Shown here in pieces: positions 36,777-48,877 of a DNA stretch of 60,742 bases; position 1 is the stretch's first letter; every line of letters starts with the position of its first letter. The notes below the pieces were generated by a model. That model did not search any database and was not told the DNA's origin. It saw nothing but the letters and a program-made list of their open reading frames with translations. The DNA is from Eremomyces bilateralis CBS 781.70 (lineage: Eukaryota): NCBI GenBank assembly GCA_010015585.1, contig ML975182.1; one strand, 5' to 3'. Position numbers and translations under genes: made by a program.

Positions 36777-39295
36777 ATGAATGTTCACGACGTTACGAAT
36801 CAATACGCTCAGCAGATGAGAGAGCATAAACGGACTTTGCTGAATGCTCAAAAGTAGCATGGCCAACGACCCCAAGTCCGTCTTCCGAGGAGCGCTGCCT
36901 ATGCAAAATTCGCCCTTTACCTCATTCTGGGAGTCCGCAAACCCAAGGATGGGCAGGTACTGATACATTCATCCTTCATTGCCCCGGCATATCCTCCTTG
37001 TAGCACTTCTGTGGCCCAGTTGTGACCCATTGCGATTAAAGATCTCCAGCTCGAGACGCACCATCGAGGCATGTATCTCCTCCTACGATCCCTCACACCA
37101 CCTCAGCGCATGACCGGGGTTCAGGTACTGATGGAAGACGAGGAAGACGATGTCATGCTACTACAGTTATACCTGCAGGAAGATGAGACTATCCGTCCGG
37201 CCATTGACGTGGTCACCGTTGGGACCATCTTGTTGGTGAAAGAGCCTTATTTCAAGGTCACAGCCAATGGTCAGTGTGGGCCCCGTGTGGATCATCTCTC
37301 AGATATCATCCATATCCAGAGGGACGATACCAGAGTTCCCTACGCATGGCGACTGCAACTCATAGACCTAAATCAGTCCGCCGAAACGTTGAAGCTTGAA
37401 GGAAATTCGGCAATGGCAGCCAAAGAATACCGGGATGTGATTACCGAGTGAGCATGGCCCATGGAGGAGATGAAGAGTTGCTAATTAGAACAGGTATACG
37501 TACGCGCTCAGGCAGACGACCACGGAGAATGAAATCGAGATAATCAAACGCAATAGATCCCTTGCGTTCCTACGAACCAAACAATTTGACGCCGCACTTG
37601 CCGACACGGGATTCCCAAACTTCGGCCCGAATCCTGCTGAGAAGGCACTGTTCCGCGCCTCCGAAGCCCTCTATTTTCTCAAACGATTCGCCGACTGTTG
37701 GGATGTGCTCGAATTGCTATGCAAACCTTTCCAGGCACCAGTCACGCGTTGCAGGCCCTTGATCATGCTCGTGCTCGAACTCTGGAGCAGCAAACGGGAG
37801 CATATGACTTCATGAGGCTTCAGGCGGAGGCTCGGAATCTTCGCCCGCCGCACTTGGATCACGCTACATACATCGTCCTGTGGAGGTTAAACAGACGGGG
37901 TCGAAGGGTCGTGGCCTGGTCACCACCAAAGCTGTGAAGGCAGGAGATTTGCTGCTGTGCGAAAAGGCGTTCAGCCACGCGCACGTCAGTGACGAAATTG
38001 GGAGCGCTGGAGGGAATGCGAAGATCTCACTGCTAATCAACACCGAGAATAACAAGGTGCTCTTGGGCGGACAGGCTGGTCTGATCACAATTATCGCGCA
38101 AAAGCTCTATAATAACCCTTCCGTTGCCTCTGCATTCAATTCTCTGTATCATGGGTCTTATAAGGGAGTGAGCGCATCTGCAGTCGATGGAGAGCCGATA
38201 GTAGATACGTAAGTAATTCTCGCACATTATTATGAAGAACATTACTGACCATAGTGCAGGTTCCTTATCGAGAGAATCGTGGCCTTGAAAATGCCTTTGG
38301 CAGTCCAGTGTCCAGTCTGCTCTCCCATCGTAAGATGCTGACTGGAAAACCGAAAGCAGACAAGACTCACCACTCTTGTGGCATTTGGATCATGGCGTCT
38401 TATATCAACCACAACTGTATCTCCACGGCCCGTCGCACCTTCATTGGCGATATGATGATCGTACGAGCCGCATGTGACATGGAACCTGGAACTGAGGTCA
38501 CTTTCTGGTACCGGTCCCCTGAATACAAGCTCACGAATGGCTCAGGAGACAAATTCAAGCATTGGGGATTCGTTTGCGACTGCGCCATCTGCAAAGATGC
38601 CCGGGAAACGGGATTCGGCGCTGCTGAGGACAGGCGGAGGTTGTTGAGGAGTCTGAAGCAAATTTTCAACTTGCCCGCGCTCCACGACGCCCAGATTGTT
38701 AAAGTCGAGCGGCTGCTCAAAGCGTTCGATGATACATATACGCATCCTGCAGATCAGGTTCCTCGTCTTCCGCTCTGCGATTCCCATCTAGTTCTCGTAT
38801 GGGCCCACGCTTCGCGGAGATATTGGATCAAGTGCTTGGGGTCATTTGGGAATGTGTTGACATCGCTCGGCTTTGTTGCCGTTGGCGTCGACTCTTCTAC
38901 CACCAGATTTTCAATTACCAAGTGGGGGCTGGTCATTAATACTTTGGTGGAGGTATTCTTACACGCCCAGGCTGCATTTACAGGCATTGAAGCGATGGAA
39001 GACGCGAAGCGGGCGGGGGAGTACGCTAAGGCCGCCTACAAGATTATCCTCGGTGAAAACACGACTTTCTACAAGACGTATAAGACTGTCGATGAGACCT
39101 TTCGGAACCTACGAAGTAAGTTTGCATGCCGTGCTCTATATCCAAGGTACTAACCTCTTAATAAGTAGAGTGAGTCGCTGCGCAAAAGCCAGCAAGCGAA
39201 TCGCGCTGTTGGTTGGAAAGGTCCACGAAGTAGAGAAGAGACTCACTACCAAATCATTTGAGGTGGAAGATCGTGCAAGAGCAGTCGATCGCTAA
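36777..39295 (+). pseudogene. TPR + SET-domain lysine methyltransferase-like pseudogene
   Basis: Family motifs SSFIAPAYPPC, DLQLETHHRG, ILLVKEPYFK, GRGLVTTKAVKAGDLLLCEKAF, ASYINHNC and WGFVCDCAIC. Disrupted by in-frame TAG (36855) and TGA (37023) and frameshifts near 37725, 37876 and 38290. Confidence 0.82.
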
Positions 39296-40011
39296 GTGGA
39301 GAGGATTCTAAACGGAATTCATAGGCGAAACACGCTGGCGGATGACAATGTGCTAGTGGAGGATCCAGTGCACTGGATAAGCTTGTAAGTATGATGGCGG
39401 ATTGAAACTATGTATGGTAAAAAAATTGGAGAACGGCCATGACTGAATGCGAGTCTGCATCCATCATACAATGTTTTTTCGTAATATGCCTGCAAGAAAT
39501 ACCCTGCTCTCGGACATTCTTGTTGTTCAGGAGCAACGTTTCGGATCCAAGCGAATTCAAATGAAGTGTGTTGTAGCAACAGAACCATTCCCAGCATCTC
39601 CTTTCGTTACAAAGAACCACTCTGACAGCTTCATAGAAATAGACTAATCCGTAAAACATTACTCACACCATATTATCAAACCGAATCAACAAGTTCTCCG
39701 CAAGGAAGTCTCACAAAACCGTCTTTTCAAGTAAACCTCTATTCAACGTCCACTTGCCACAACCCCTACTAAACCCTTTCTAGAACCAGCTTCTAAACAC
39801 CCGCTTCCCACTCGATTCCCATAACCTCCTATAGCTACGTTGCTTGGTCTCATATGTGTGTTCCGAGTTGAAATGGTTGCAAACACCACATGATCCTTTT
39901 CGAACTGAGGACGATCGCTAATCAAGCTAGCAACAGATTATGTCCGACGTACCTCCTAATATATCTTACCGGGTTCTGGAGCCTATAACCAAAGCGAGCT
40001 TCTAATTTCAG

Positions 40012-41829
40012 CTAGATTGAGGTATCGTCGTCGGATTCTACTCTGAAAACTTCGAACCATTCATGGTCCCAAATCTCGAATTTGTCTCCCTGCACCCCAT
40101 CCCGCAAGGCTAGCCAACCGAAAATATTCCCGGAAACCATTTTAGATAGACGTTCCCCATAAGATAGCCAGGGAGGCGGCAGTCGCCTGGCACGGGATTT
40201 CGGTGAGTTGCGAGGGCTAGTAGATCGAAGTGGTTCGGCGGAAGTGATACAGAAATCAGTCAGAACACGCTGGTACCTCTCAGTCCACAACCAACAGCGA
40301 TAGGTAAGTCTATGACCATGATCCATGTGATCTCGAACCAGAGCAGTAGTGTCTTTGATTGCGACTTCCCCGAACGGATGGAACTAGGAATTTAGGGGAA
40401 AGCTGTAGTTAATGCTCATTTTCCTCATCAGTCCAATACATGAGACGGAACTTATCTTCTCGACTGATCAATTCCGTATCGTGACTATCGCGACAAGGAG
40501 GATGAGACTGAGGATCGAGGAATGATTGAGCGGATGCCATCCAAACAGGCGATTCAAGACACACTGTAGGGAGGAATCTTGCGACCTTATAGATCATTTC
40601 AGGCAACAGGCCTACTATTGCTGCACCCAGCCATAAGCACGCAAGATTCGGTCGACGAGCAGACATGATCTGCACTATGGCAGAATATTGTTTATCCTCG
40701 GCAACGGGGATGAGAATTTCCATTGCACGACTTATCCATTCAGTTGCAAGATTGCAGGCGACACCTGGTTCCCAGAAACAACCGTAGAAGGCACTCGGGA
40801 TCAATTGTGTATGACAACTCAGTGACATAAGGGAGGCAAGGTGATCGTGGGACGGAATATTTCTACCAGATGCTGTCTCCGAACTCCCTTTGGCTGCCAT
40901 GGTCATTGGGCGGGGTAGAACCAAGGGGATTGCAAAATTCTTATGGTTTGGGATAGTGAGGGAGGCAGCAAGTGCAGCGATAAGCTGGTCGGAGGCATTA
41001 TGCAACCGAGCGAAGTCACAAAGGTATTTGTACGCTTCCATGGACGATGGTGGACCCAGAGTCGAGTCCGGCTCCTGGCTGGTGGAGGGTTCGCACTGAA
41101 TAGCAATCTATTATGTAGAGCCCAGGTGACATTCCCAGAGCGGGTAATACGCTCTCTCTCTACGCATCAAGGTGGCGTTCCATCCGGCCCCATCTGCTAG
41201 AACTGCTTGCCACCATCGACGTTCGTTCGGTTCGGCTTGGCCAATCGGGACAATAAGTTCATTGTTGGCTGTCCTAGTAGAGTCTGCGCATGATGCTCTG
41301 CAATCATTATAAATGACCTTATCTTCGTCTCCCATTTTCCGGGGCTCTATAAGGCGGGCCGAGGGAATGTAGCACCAGCCCAAGGCCAATGGACAGAGGT
41401 AGATTCCTGTGCCATGAGTGGGTGAAGCATCATCGAATCCGCTCCAGTCTAGAAACTCGTCCTAAGACTGCACGTAACCCATGAAGCCAGAGCAAGTTCG
41501 ATCCGATGTTCTGGTGATTTCTTCAATTCTACGTCCAACTTGTTTTCTGACAGGAATTCCCATTCCTATTGTCCTCCCAAGTAGGTTTAGTACGGATCAT
41601 TCGTGTCTTTGACGTCTTGGTAGCGTGGAATCGATGGAGTTTGGTGCAGAAGATTGAGGCTTCCACAAGACGACGGGAACTGAGTCGCCGAACTGGCTGA
41701 GTGAAGAAAGTTTCCCCATAGTTGGGGTGAATGAGATATCGTTCTCCTTGATAACCGGAGACTAGGTCGGACGAGGTCGTGGTGACTTCTGTCTTGTCGG
41801 ATGGGCCGGAAATTCGCTGTGAAGGTCAT
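40012..41829 (-). pseudogene. Fragmented conserved fungal hypothetical protein gene
   Basis: Consecutive fragments LGWCYIPSARLIE, RRWWQAVLADGAGW, AYKYLCDFARLH, CFWEPGVACNLATEW, RRPNLACLWLGAA, ISREDKFRLMY and GNIFGWL...IWDHEWF, broken by stops (41111, 40409) and frameshifts. The 5' boundary is uncertain. Confidence 0.6.
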
Positions 41830-42586
41830 GCCGAGTCGAGGATTTGGTACTGGTCGTTTGATCGCCGGGTTGGTAACTTGATGATGAGAAACTCAATCCA
41901 ATGCACTGAGATTATAATGGTATGTTAATGTTCTGGAAAATTGACTTTGACTCTCTGGCTCTTTGAAGCAGCACAGGCACACACCTGTTGCTTCGTAATG
42001 CGAATACGAGTACGAGGTCATCTGGTAAACCAAGAATCTATCATGTCGGAAGTGAGTACCGTAAACTATAAAGTGAAACTAATGAAACAAAATTATCGCT
42101 ACAAGAGCGGTGATAGAACGCCTTGATTTAGCAGTGTCCCAAAATTCCAACTCAGAAAGAGTCCATGTCTTGTGTAAATAGGTTCGAGGTCCAGAACACC
42201 GATAGAAGCAAGTTACCCAAAGAAAATACATTCAACCTCTTATAAGGACTAGAGTCTCAAACATTCGTTTTACAATATCCCAATAGATGGCACGTTGTTC
42301 AATGGGCTTGAGAGATATGAGATATCAAATTAGTCATTTCTGTCATTATCGTTGATCGATCGTCGTTGCCTTCATATGCCTTGTTGCTTATTAAGCCTCG
42401 TTGCCTTAATATGCCTTGTTGCCTTATGATTTTCCCAGTCCAGTCCCAGTCCCCTGTGGCCTGTGTGCCCTGTCCCCAGCACGGAGGCACCACCCTCCTC
42501 ATGGTCGGTCTATCATATTTTAGGTTACATAGTAGCTACGAAACAAGCAATTCCTCGCATTATATGCGACTCTGCTCCCATTAGCC

Positions 42587-43985
42587 ATGCGCTCTGCTTG
42601 GTCATTTCTCCGCATAACGCGAAACTTCACAAGTCGAGCAAGATGCTCACGCCCGAGCAGCCCACGAACTCCATGTCACCCTCGAGTCGCCGCCCATAGC
42701 CTTCTCTCCTCCCCTCCCACAGCTCTCCCACTCCGCCGCACCACCCCACGAATCCAATCCACTATCCACCAGCTCTCCCACTCGTTCTACACCTCCCGCC
42801 CCACCTCCTCCCGCCCCACCTACCGTCGCTTCAACGGCCGCCAAACCCGGCACGCGCCCCTCGTCGCGCTCTTCGTCCGCTGGGGCCAGCACCCGCACTT
42901 CTACCGGCACATCTTCCTCCTCGCGGGCGGTCTGGGGGTCTTCTACGTGTCGAATCTCGAGACGGTGCCGGTGACGGGGCGGCGGCGGTTTAACCTGGTG
43001 GGGCCGGAGCTGGAGGCGCGATTCGCGGAGCAGATGTATGAGGAGGTGATGGGAGAGTTTCGGGGGCATATCTTGAGTGAATGGGATCCGAGGGCGAGAA
43101 TGGTGCAGAGGGTAATGGATCGACTGATTCCAATGAGTGGGTTGGAAGGGCAGAAGTGGGAGGTGAAGGTGATTGCCGCGGAGGAGCCGAATGCGTTTGT
43201 GATTCCGGGGTAAGTGGTACGGGGAGGTCCGAAGCTTGGGGAAGAAAGAGTAGGATCGTCCTTAGGGAAATTAGCGGATCCGTTCTGTTGGGGATCTCTG
43301 CTAATGCGTGAGTCGACAGAGGCAAGGTCTTCGTCTTTACAGGCCTTCTCCCCATCTGCGGGAACGATGATAGTCTCGCTGCCGTGCTCGGGCACGAGAT
43401 CGCCCACAATGTCGCCCGGCACTCTGCGGAACGAATGTCCCTATTGTTCCCACTACTAGGTATCAATTTCATATTGAGCGCTATCCTGGGCTTGCCACCA
43501 TTTCTAGGGAACGCCGCCATCAACCTGGGTTTTGGTCTGCCAAGGAGTAGGGCCCAGGAGGTATGTTGCAGTTTCAGTACAATCCAGACGATATGCGGAC
43601 GTTGACTGGAATAGAGCGAGGCAGATTACATTGGCCTAAGTATGTCGACTCTTCTTCTCCTTCGAAGGCGCAAGATACTGACTGTTGCGTAGTGATTATG
43701 GCTCAAGCATGCTACGACCCTGCCATGGTCCCTTCACTCTGGACACGTATGAGCCAGCTCAACAAAGGTAGCCCTCCGGAGCTCCTGTCCACCCATCCGG
43801 CGAACGAGACGCGTTTCAAGAAGATTCACCAATGGCTGCCTGAAGCTCAGGATAAGCGAGCCATGTCGAATTGCTATGAGAGGTCTGATCAGAGTAAGTC
43901 ACGAGCAATATGCCGTTTTGGACATTGTATTGACGATCCTATAGTCCGAGAGTTTATGAACAAGTTCCGATACCCGGTTTGGTAG
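42587..43985 (+). CDS. OMA1: Mitochondrial metalloendopeptidase OMA1 (peptidase M48); 5 exons
   Basis: Arg-rich N-terminal presequence, ETVPVTGRRRF, NAFVIPGGKVFVFTGLL, zinc motif GHEIAH, SRAQESEADYIGL and LSTHP. Confidence 0.93.
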
Positions 43986-44522
43986 GCTGTGGAGGGTATT
44001 GGTAGTTCCTGGTGTGTGAATTGAAATGTGTGATATTTGCAAGGCGTCCTGTAGGTGAAGGAGGAAACATCCCCTTGATGTTATCTAGAAATGATATGGT
44101 GGGATATAAATCCCGGTTGTGTATGCGTCCTGGACTTAGTTGGATACGATGTCCCTTCGCTGGAGCGTCGTTGCACAAACTTCAAGACACGCTTCCAAGA
44201 ACAGTTTGGCTCTATCACACATTGCACACTGGCACAAAAGCTTAAAATGACGGTAAATGAAGGACGAAGACTTATCGATGTGATGTGTATAGGGCAAAGA
44301 AAGATGAATTAAGCATATCAGTCTTCTAGACGTGAGTATATATACATACGACAATGTATTGATGCTCAGTACCATAACCAAAAGAGTATCCCAAAGATTC
44401 ATAACAATTCAGTCATCTCAACATAGAATTTTGCACCAACTCCAAGACGGGGGGAAATGTGTGTCGATCCCTTTCGATTCGTAATACTCGGAACAAAACT
44501 GCGGTTCGGCTCAAGCACTGGA

Positions 44523-45128
44523 TTAAGACCTGCGTTAGATATCAGATCCAAGCACGGCTAGAGTAACGGGGGACACCCAAAGAACAGTCGCCGGAAATGA
44601 GAGGAGGGGGACTTACAGCAAACTCAACGTCAAATCACCCCGAATGCTCGCCTTCAACTCAATCTCGATATCCAAATTCACATCCAACCGCAACTTTAAC
44701 CCATCCGCATCCTCTAATCCGCCCCCCTTCCCTTTCTGCTCCTCCTGCGTCGCTTGATTCGGATCCGTCCCCCGCATCGGGATCTCCCCCCGCATCGCGC
44801 GCGCCTTGGACACCGGCCCGTCCATCGACGTGCTCGCGGGCCCGATCCGCTCAAAGTCCTGCATCTGGTTTAGCTCGCCGCTGGCGTCGGCCTCCTCGAG
44901 GGCGTCGAGGGGCGTAGTCTTCATGTAGCGGCCGTCGTCGATGGCTTTCTGGAGGCGTTGGCGGCGGGCGCGCCGCGACGCGGAGCGGGAGCGCGCGGAC
45001 TGCTGGCCGGATTCGCGGCGTTCTTGGGCGAGGGCATTTTCGGCTTTTTGCTGCTGCATCGTGGTGCGCTCGGAGGGCTTGTTGGGGTCGCGCTGGTCGA
45101 CTTGTTGTTCTTGTTGTACTTCGGCCAT
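44523..45128 (-). CDS. Hydrophilic protein with C-terminal LKLRLDVNLDIEIELKASIRGDLTLSLLS motif (paralogue 1)
   Basis: ATG in CACAATG context; Q/R/E-rich ORF; GTAAGT intron inside the last Leu codon; 7-nt terminal coding exon GTCTTAA (44529-44523). Confidence 0.8.
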
Positions 45129-45750
45129 TGTGGGTGGTGGAGGGAGGGGCGAGGTTAGATTGGTCGTTCTTTAGGGAAGAAGTGACGAGGAGTCTAGAAG
45201 ATGGCTTCTCGAGTATGGAGGGATGTAGGATGTGGATAACAGAGATAGATTGTTCGATATAAGATGGAGATGTGTTGGAAGTATGATGAGGCGAGATGAG
45301 ACAATAGGAGTTGAGGAAAGTATGTAAACCGAAAAGACTCAATGGATTGAAGGAGATGTAGTCAAAGACAAAGAATAGCAGTAAGAAGATTCCAGTTACG
45401 TCGATACTCACTCCTAACCCACCTTTCCCCGGCCTACGCCTACAATACCCAGACTCCCACACGTCAGAGCCCTTTTCGCCCTCTCCTCCCATGTCCTCGC
45501 CCATCCAGGATCCCCCCGCCGCCCCCTCCCTAGCATCATCCGCCCGCCTCGATCGACCCCACTGTTCGGCGTCGGCGATCCATCATCCACGCCCATCACG
45601 TCACCGGCTCTAGCATGCCTGAAATCTTGATTTTCCGAACCATGCGATTTAGCGGACCGCGATGGGGGGGATCTAGGATGGGTGGGGAAGGACGGGCTTT
45701 GGTGGGGATGTGGCGTCGGGAGTCGGCCGAGGAGGGCATGGGCTGTCGGT

Positions 45751-45758
45751 TGACGTCA
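45751..45758. promoter_or_regulatory. Palindromic CRE (TGACGTCA), candidate Atf1/AtfA site upstream of paralogue 1
   Basis: Perfect TGACGTCA with AGGGG nearby. TGACGTC also occurs upstream of paralogue 2 (~47730 and ~47795). Confidence 0.35.
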
Positions 45759-46666
45759 ATGGCGAGGTGGGGGCAGGGGGGAGGGCTGCTAGTCCCAACC
45801 GTTGATGGAATCATAGATGCATGTGATCGGGGTGAGAGCTGAAGATTTCTCTGTTGGAAGAATATTTAACTAAGGAAATTAGAACTTAAGAAGAGTCTCA
45901 CTGTCCCCACTATAGTCTCTACCGGTGGTTGGGGAGGCGTTTGAGTCCACAGGGTTTCGAAGGCGAGACAGGGCCCTTCATTCGGTCCCAGGCGGGAGTC
46001 GAGTCTGATACAACCGCACTACCACTCGGAGGAATGGTACCTCAATGTAGGTACACTGGTACGGTACATTGCCGTATAGATTTTTCATGATACCGCTGTT
46101 CTTTCCGGTATCTCGCCTTCATCGTATTCGCAATAACAAATTCCCGTGTGCCGTGTCTCGTGTTTTAGTTCCAAGTCTGGAGTACTCTCCGATATTGAAT
46201 AGTACGGCACCTTCCAGCCAACCCATGCGAGCGTCGTGTCTCCTTGGAGATGGTCTCGGGGTCTCTAGGATGTTATGACGTATATCGTCTTACATAGGCC
46301 TAGGGGAAGAAATATGGTCTGGCGAGGATGTGAAGTGGGATACACTCATGCGGATGGGGAACACGGTGTGTAACTTTCGGTGTGATTTCTCTAAGCAGCA
46401 CTACCATCAAAGTGATATATGTCAGACAGTTGGATGTGGCCATGTTGAGACTACTAAACAATAATCAAGATATTATCAAACTGGATTCAAAATGCAACTA
46501 TGTAATACATGTAAGGGAATGACCTGAAACGCCTTCATTCAACATAGCGAGTTAGAGATCGTAGGAAATTGAATCGCAACGCATCGCATTTCGTTCGACC
46601 GAAGAATATGTCTTCGGTCTCGGTCTAATCGGCGTCGTACGCAAAGAAAAAGGCACTGTAGCGTGC

Positions 46667-47512
46667 TCAAGACCTGTTTAATTCCTTTAGTCAAGTCAGC
46701 TCCAAGACTGTGACAAGGTAAACTCAAAAAAGGAAACCAGAGACAAAGGAAACTTACAACAACCCCAGCGTCAAATCGCCATGAATCTTCGCCTTCAACT
46801 GTATCTCGATGTCCAAATTCAACTCCAATCGCAGCCGCAACTGCTCATCCTTCCCGTCCCCCCCATCATCCTGCTTCTCCCCTCCCCCCACCAACCCCCC
46901 TGCCGCCTGCCCTACCCCCCCAACCGTATCGTTCACCGTACCCCCCACCTTATCTACCGCCCCTCCCGCCGTATTCTTCACCAGATCCCCCGTCTGCCCA
47001 ACCATCTCTCCACCAGGCAACTCCTCCCCAATGCCCCCCAGCGTGCCACCACCTTGCGGTCGCTGACGCTGGCGCTGACGGTTCCGTCGTCCTCCCGCCG
47101 CAGACACGTCGCTCCGCGGAATGCTCTCCGTATCGCTAACGCTAACCCCGCGCCGTCCGCGCCCGCGCGACTGCCGTCGCCGACTCGCTGCCTTCTGCGG
47201 CAGCGGCTGGGGTTCGGGCTCGGGGTCCTCGACCTCTTCGACCTGGGGCCCGCCGTTGGCCTCGGCACCGGCAGAAGCTTGGGGTTCAGCGTCCGAGGGT
47301 GCGTCGTCGGCGTCGTCGCTGTCGGGGTCCGGAGTGGGTTGTTGAGTGGCTTGTTTCTTTTGGTTAAGTTTCTTGGGGGCCTTGCGGGTGGATTCGCTGG
47401 TTTTGGATTGTTGGGAGGAGGCGCCGAGGCCGGCGCCGGCGGAGGCAGAGGCGGCTCCTTCGCCGTTGGCATTGAGGTTGGAGGAGGATTCTTCGGTTTG
47501 TTTGGAAGACAT
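46667..47512 (-). CDS. Hydrophilic Gly/Gln-rich protein with C-terminal LRLRLELNLDIEIQLKAKIHGDLTLGLLS motif (paralogue 2)
   Basis: ATG in CACCATG context; low-complexity ORF with LEA-like GxxVxxTxG repeats; same terminal intron position and 7-nt last exon GTCTTGA (46673-46667). Confidence 0.82.
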
Positions 47513-48877
47513 GGTGGTGGCTGGGTAGATATGTGTCTATGAGAGGGAGATAGTGGTTGAAAAAGGGCAGGTATAGCTTAGATGAATAATTTTGTATGAT
47601 TGTAAAAGACGTAGTAGGAATGAACTTTTCGTGACTGATGGATGGAGAGAGAGGGAGTCAAGAGAAAAGTGACGTCTTGACAGAACTTGTAGATTGGAAA
47701 ATAAAAGGTAGGTAAGCCCGAAGAAAAGTATCCTCGACAATGATATGGCCGCGCTAAAGGCAATATGACTTCACCCCCCTCCGAGCTTGGTTCCGACGTC
47801 AGCGTCTTCAGTTCAAGCTTGACGATCCTGCAGTGGCCATCCATGTCCGCGTCCTCTTCCCCGCCACCACTTCACGTTCCATGGCGTCTCGTCGCCTGGT
47901 CTACCCAATCCCCAGTGTATGGCCGGGGTAGGTGATGAGAAGGTGGGCAGCGATCAAGGATCCTGCAGCAGATACTTCCGATGATGTCATGCGAGGATTT
48001 GGGGGGCGATGGGATTGTTCGAAGTTGGCATCGGGAATTTCTGGATCCCGCAGCAACACTAGAGCTCTAAACCAGACGAGGTGGTGGGGCATCCGAACAT
48101 GCCGAACACTCTAATCTGATTTGAGTGGCGTCGAGCGGTAATTCTGTTGGAGGAGTTTTTTGGGGGGAAATCGATGGCTACGGTGCCACTATCACTGATT
48201 TCGAGGGTCTTTTAGAAGTTTAAGGGTCTAAGGACGCAAAAGGAAGGAACATCAACGTTCATCAAGACGAGAGGCTATAGGTCGCATTAAGGCCAATCTT
48301 GGACGACGAAACAATATTTGGAGAGATTGACTTTGCTCTAATCATTGATTAAAGTTTAAACGAGGGTGGCTCTCTTGTATCCTCGACGATGTGACAATTC
48401 GACAACGATTCCAAAGGGACTCGATACGGTCGACCGTCCTCCAACTTGTCGCCTCCCTCCAGAGTCGCTTTGACCATGGTAGAGAGCCATATGGGAATGG
48501 ACGAAGGTCACTATAGATCCGAAGTTAAAGAACTACTGTTGACTCTTTCCCGTGCCCTATTCATGAGGGTTGTCCATACTGTATTGCTACTTGCCGAGAT
48601 TCGATGGAATCGATTTACACGGATGTACATGCGCACCTGATCGCAAGTCGCCCTTCACAGCAAAGGTCCTAGAAACTGAAATATCTCATCCCAATATTCC
48701 CACCGTATGTCCTTGATTTTGGTATCCACGTCCCCCAGGCCGCTCAAAGATCATCCGAACTCCTCGTGCTCGCGCCAAGATGACTTGCATGAGGAGCTTT
48801 ACATCGTGGATATGTCAAGCAAATGGATATATATCACGAACCACCCTCGTGCGCCCCCTCGATCTATAAGAAACCGC

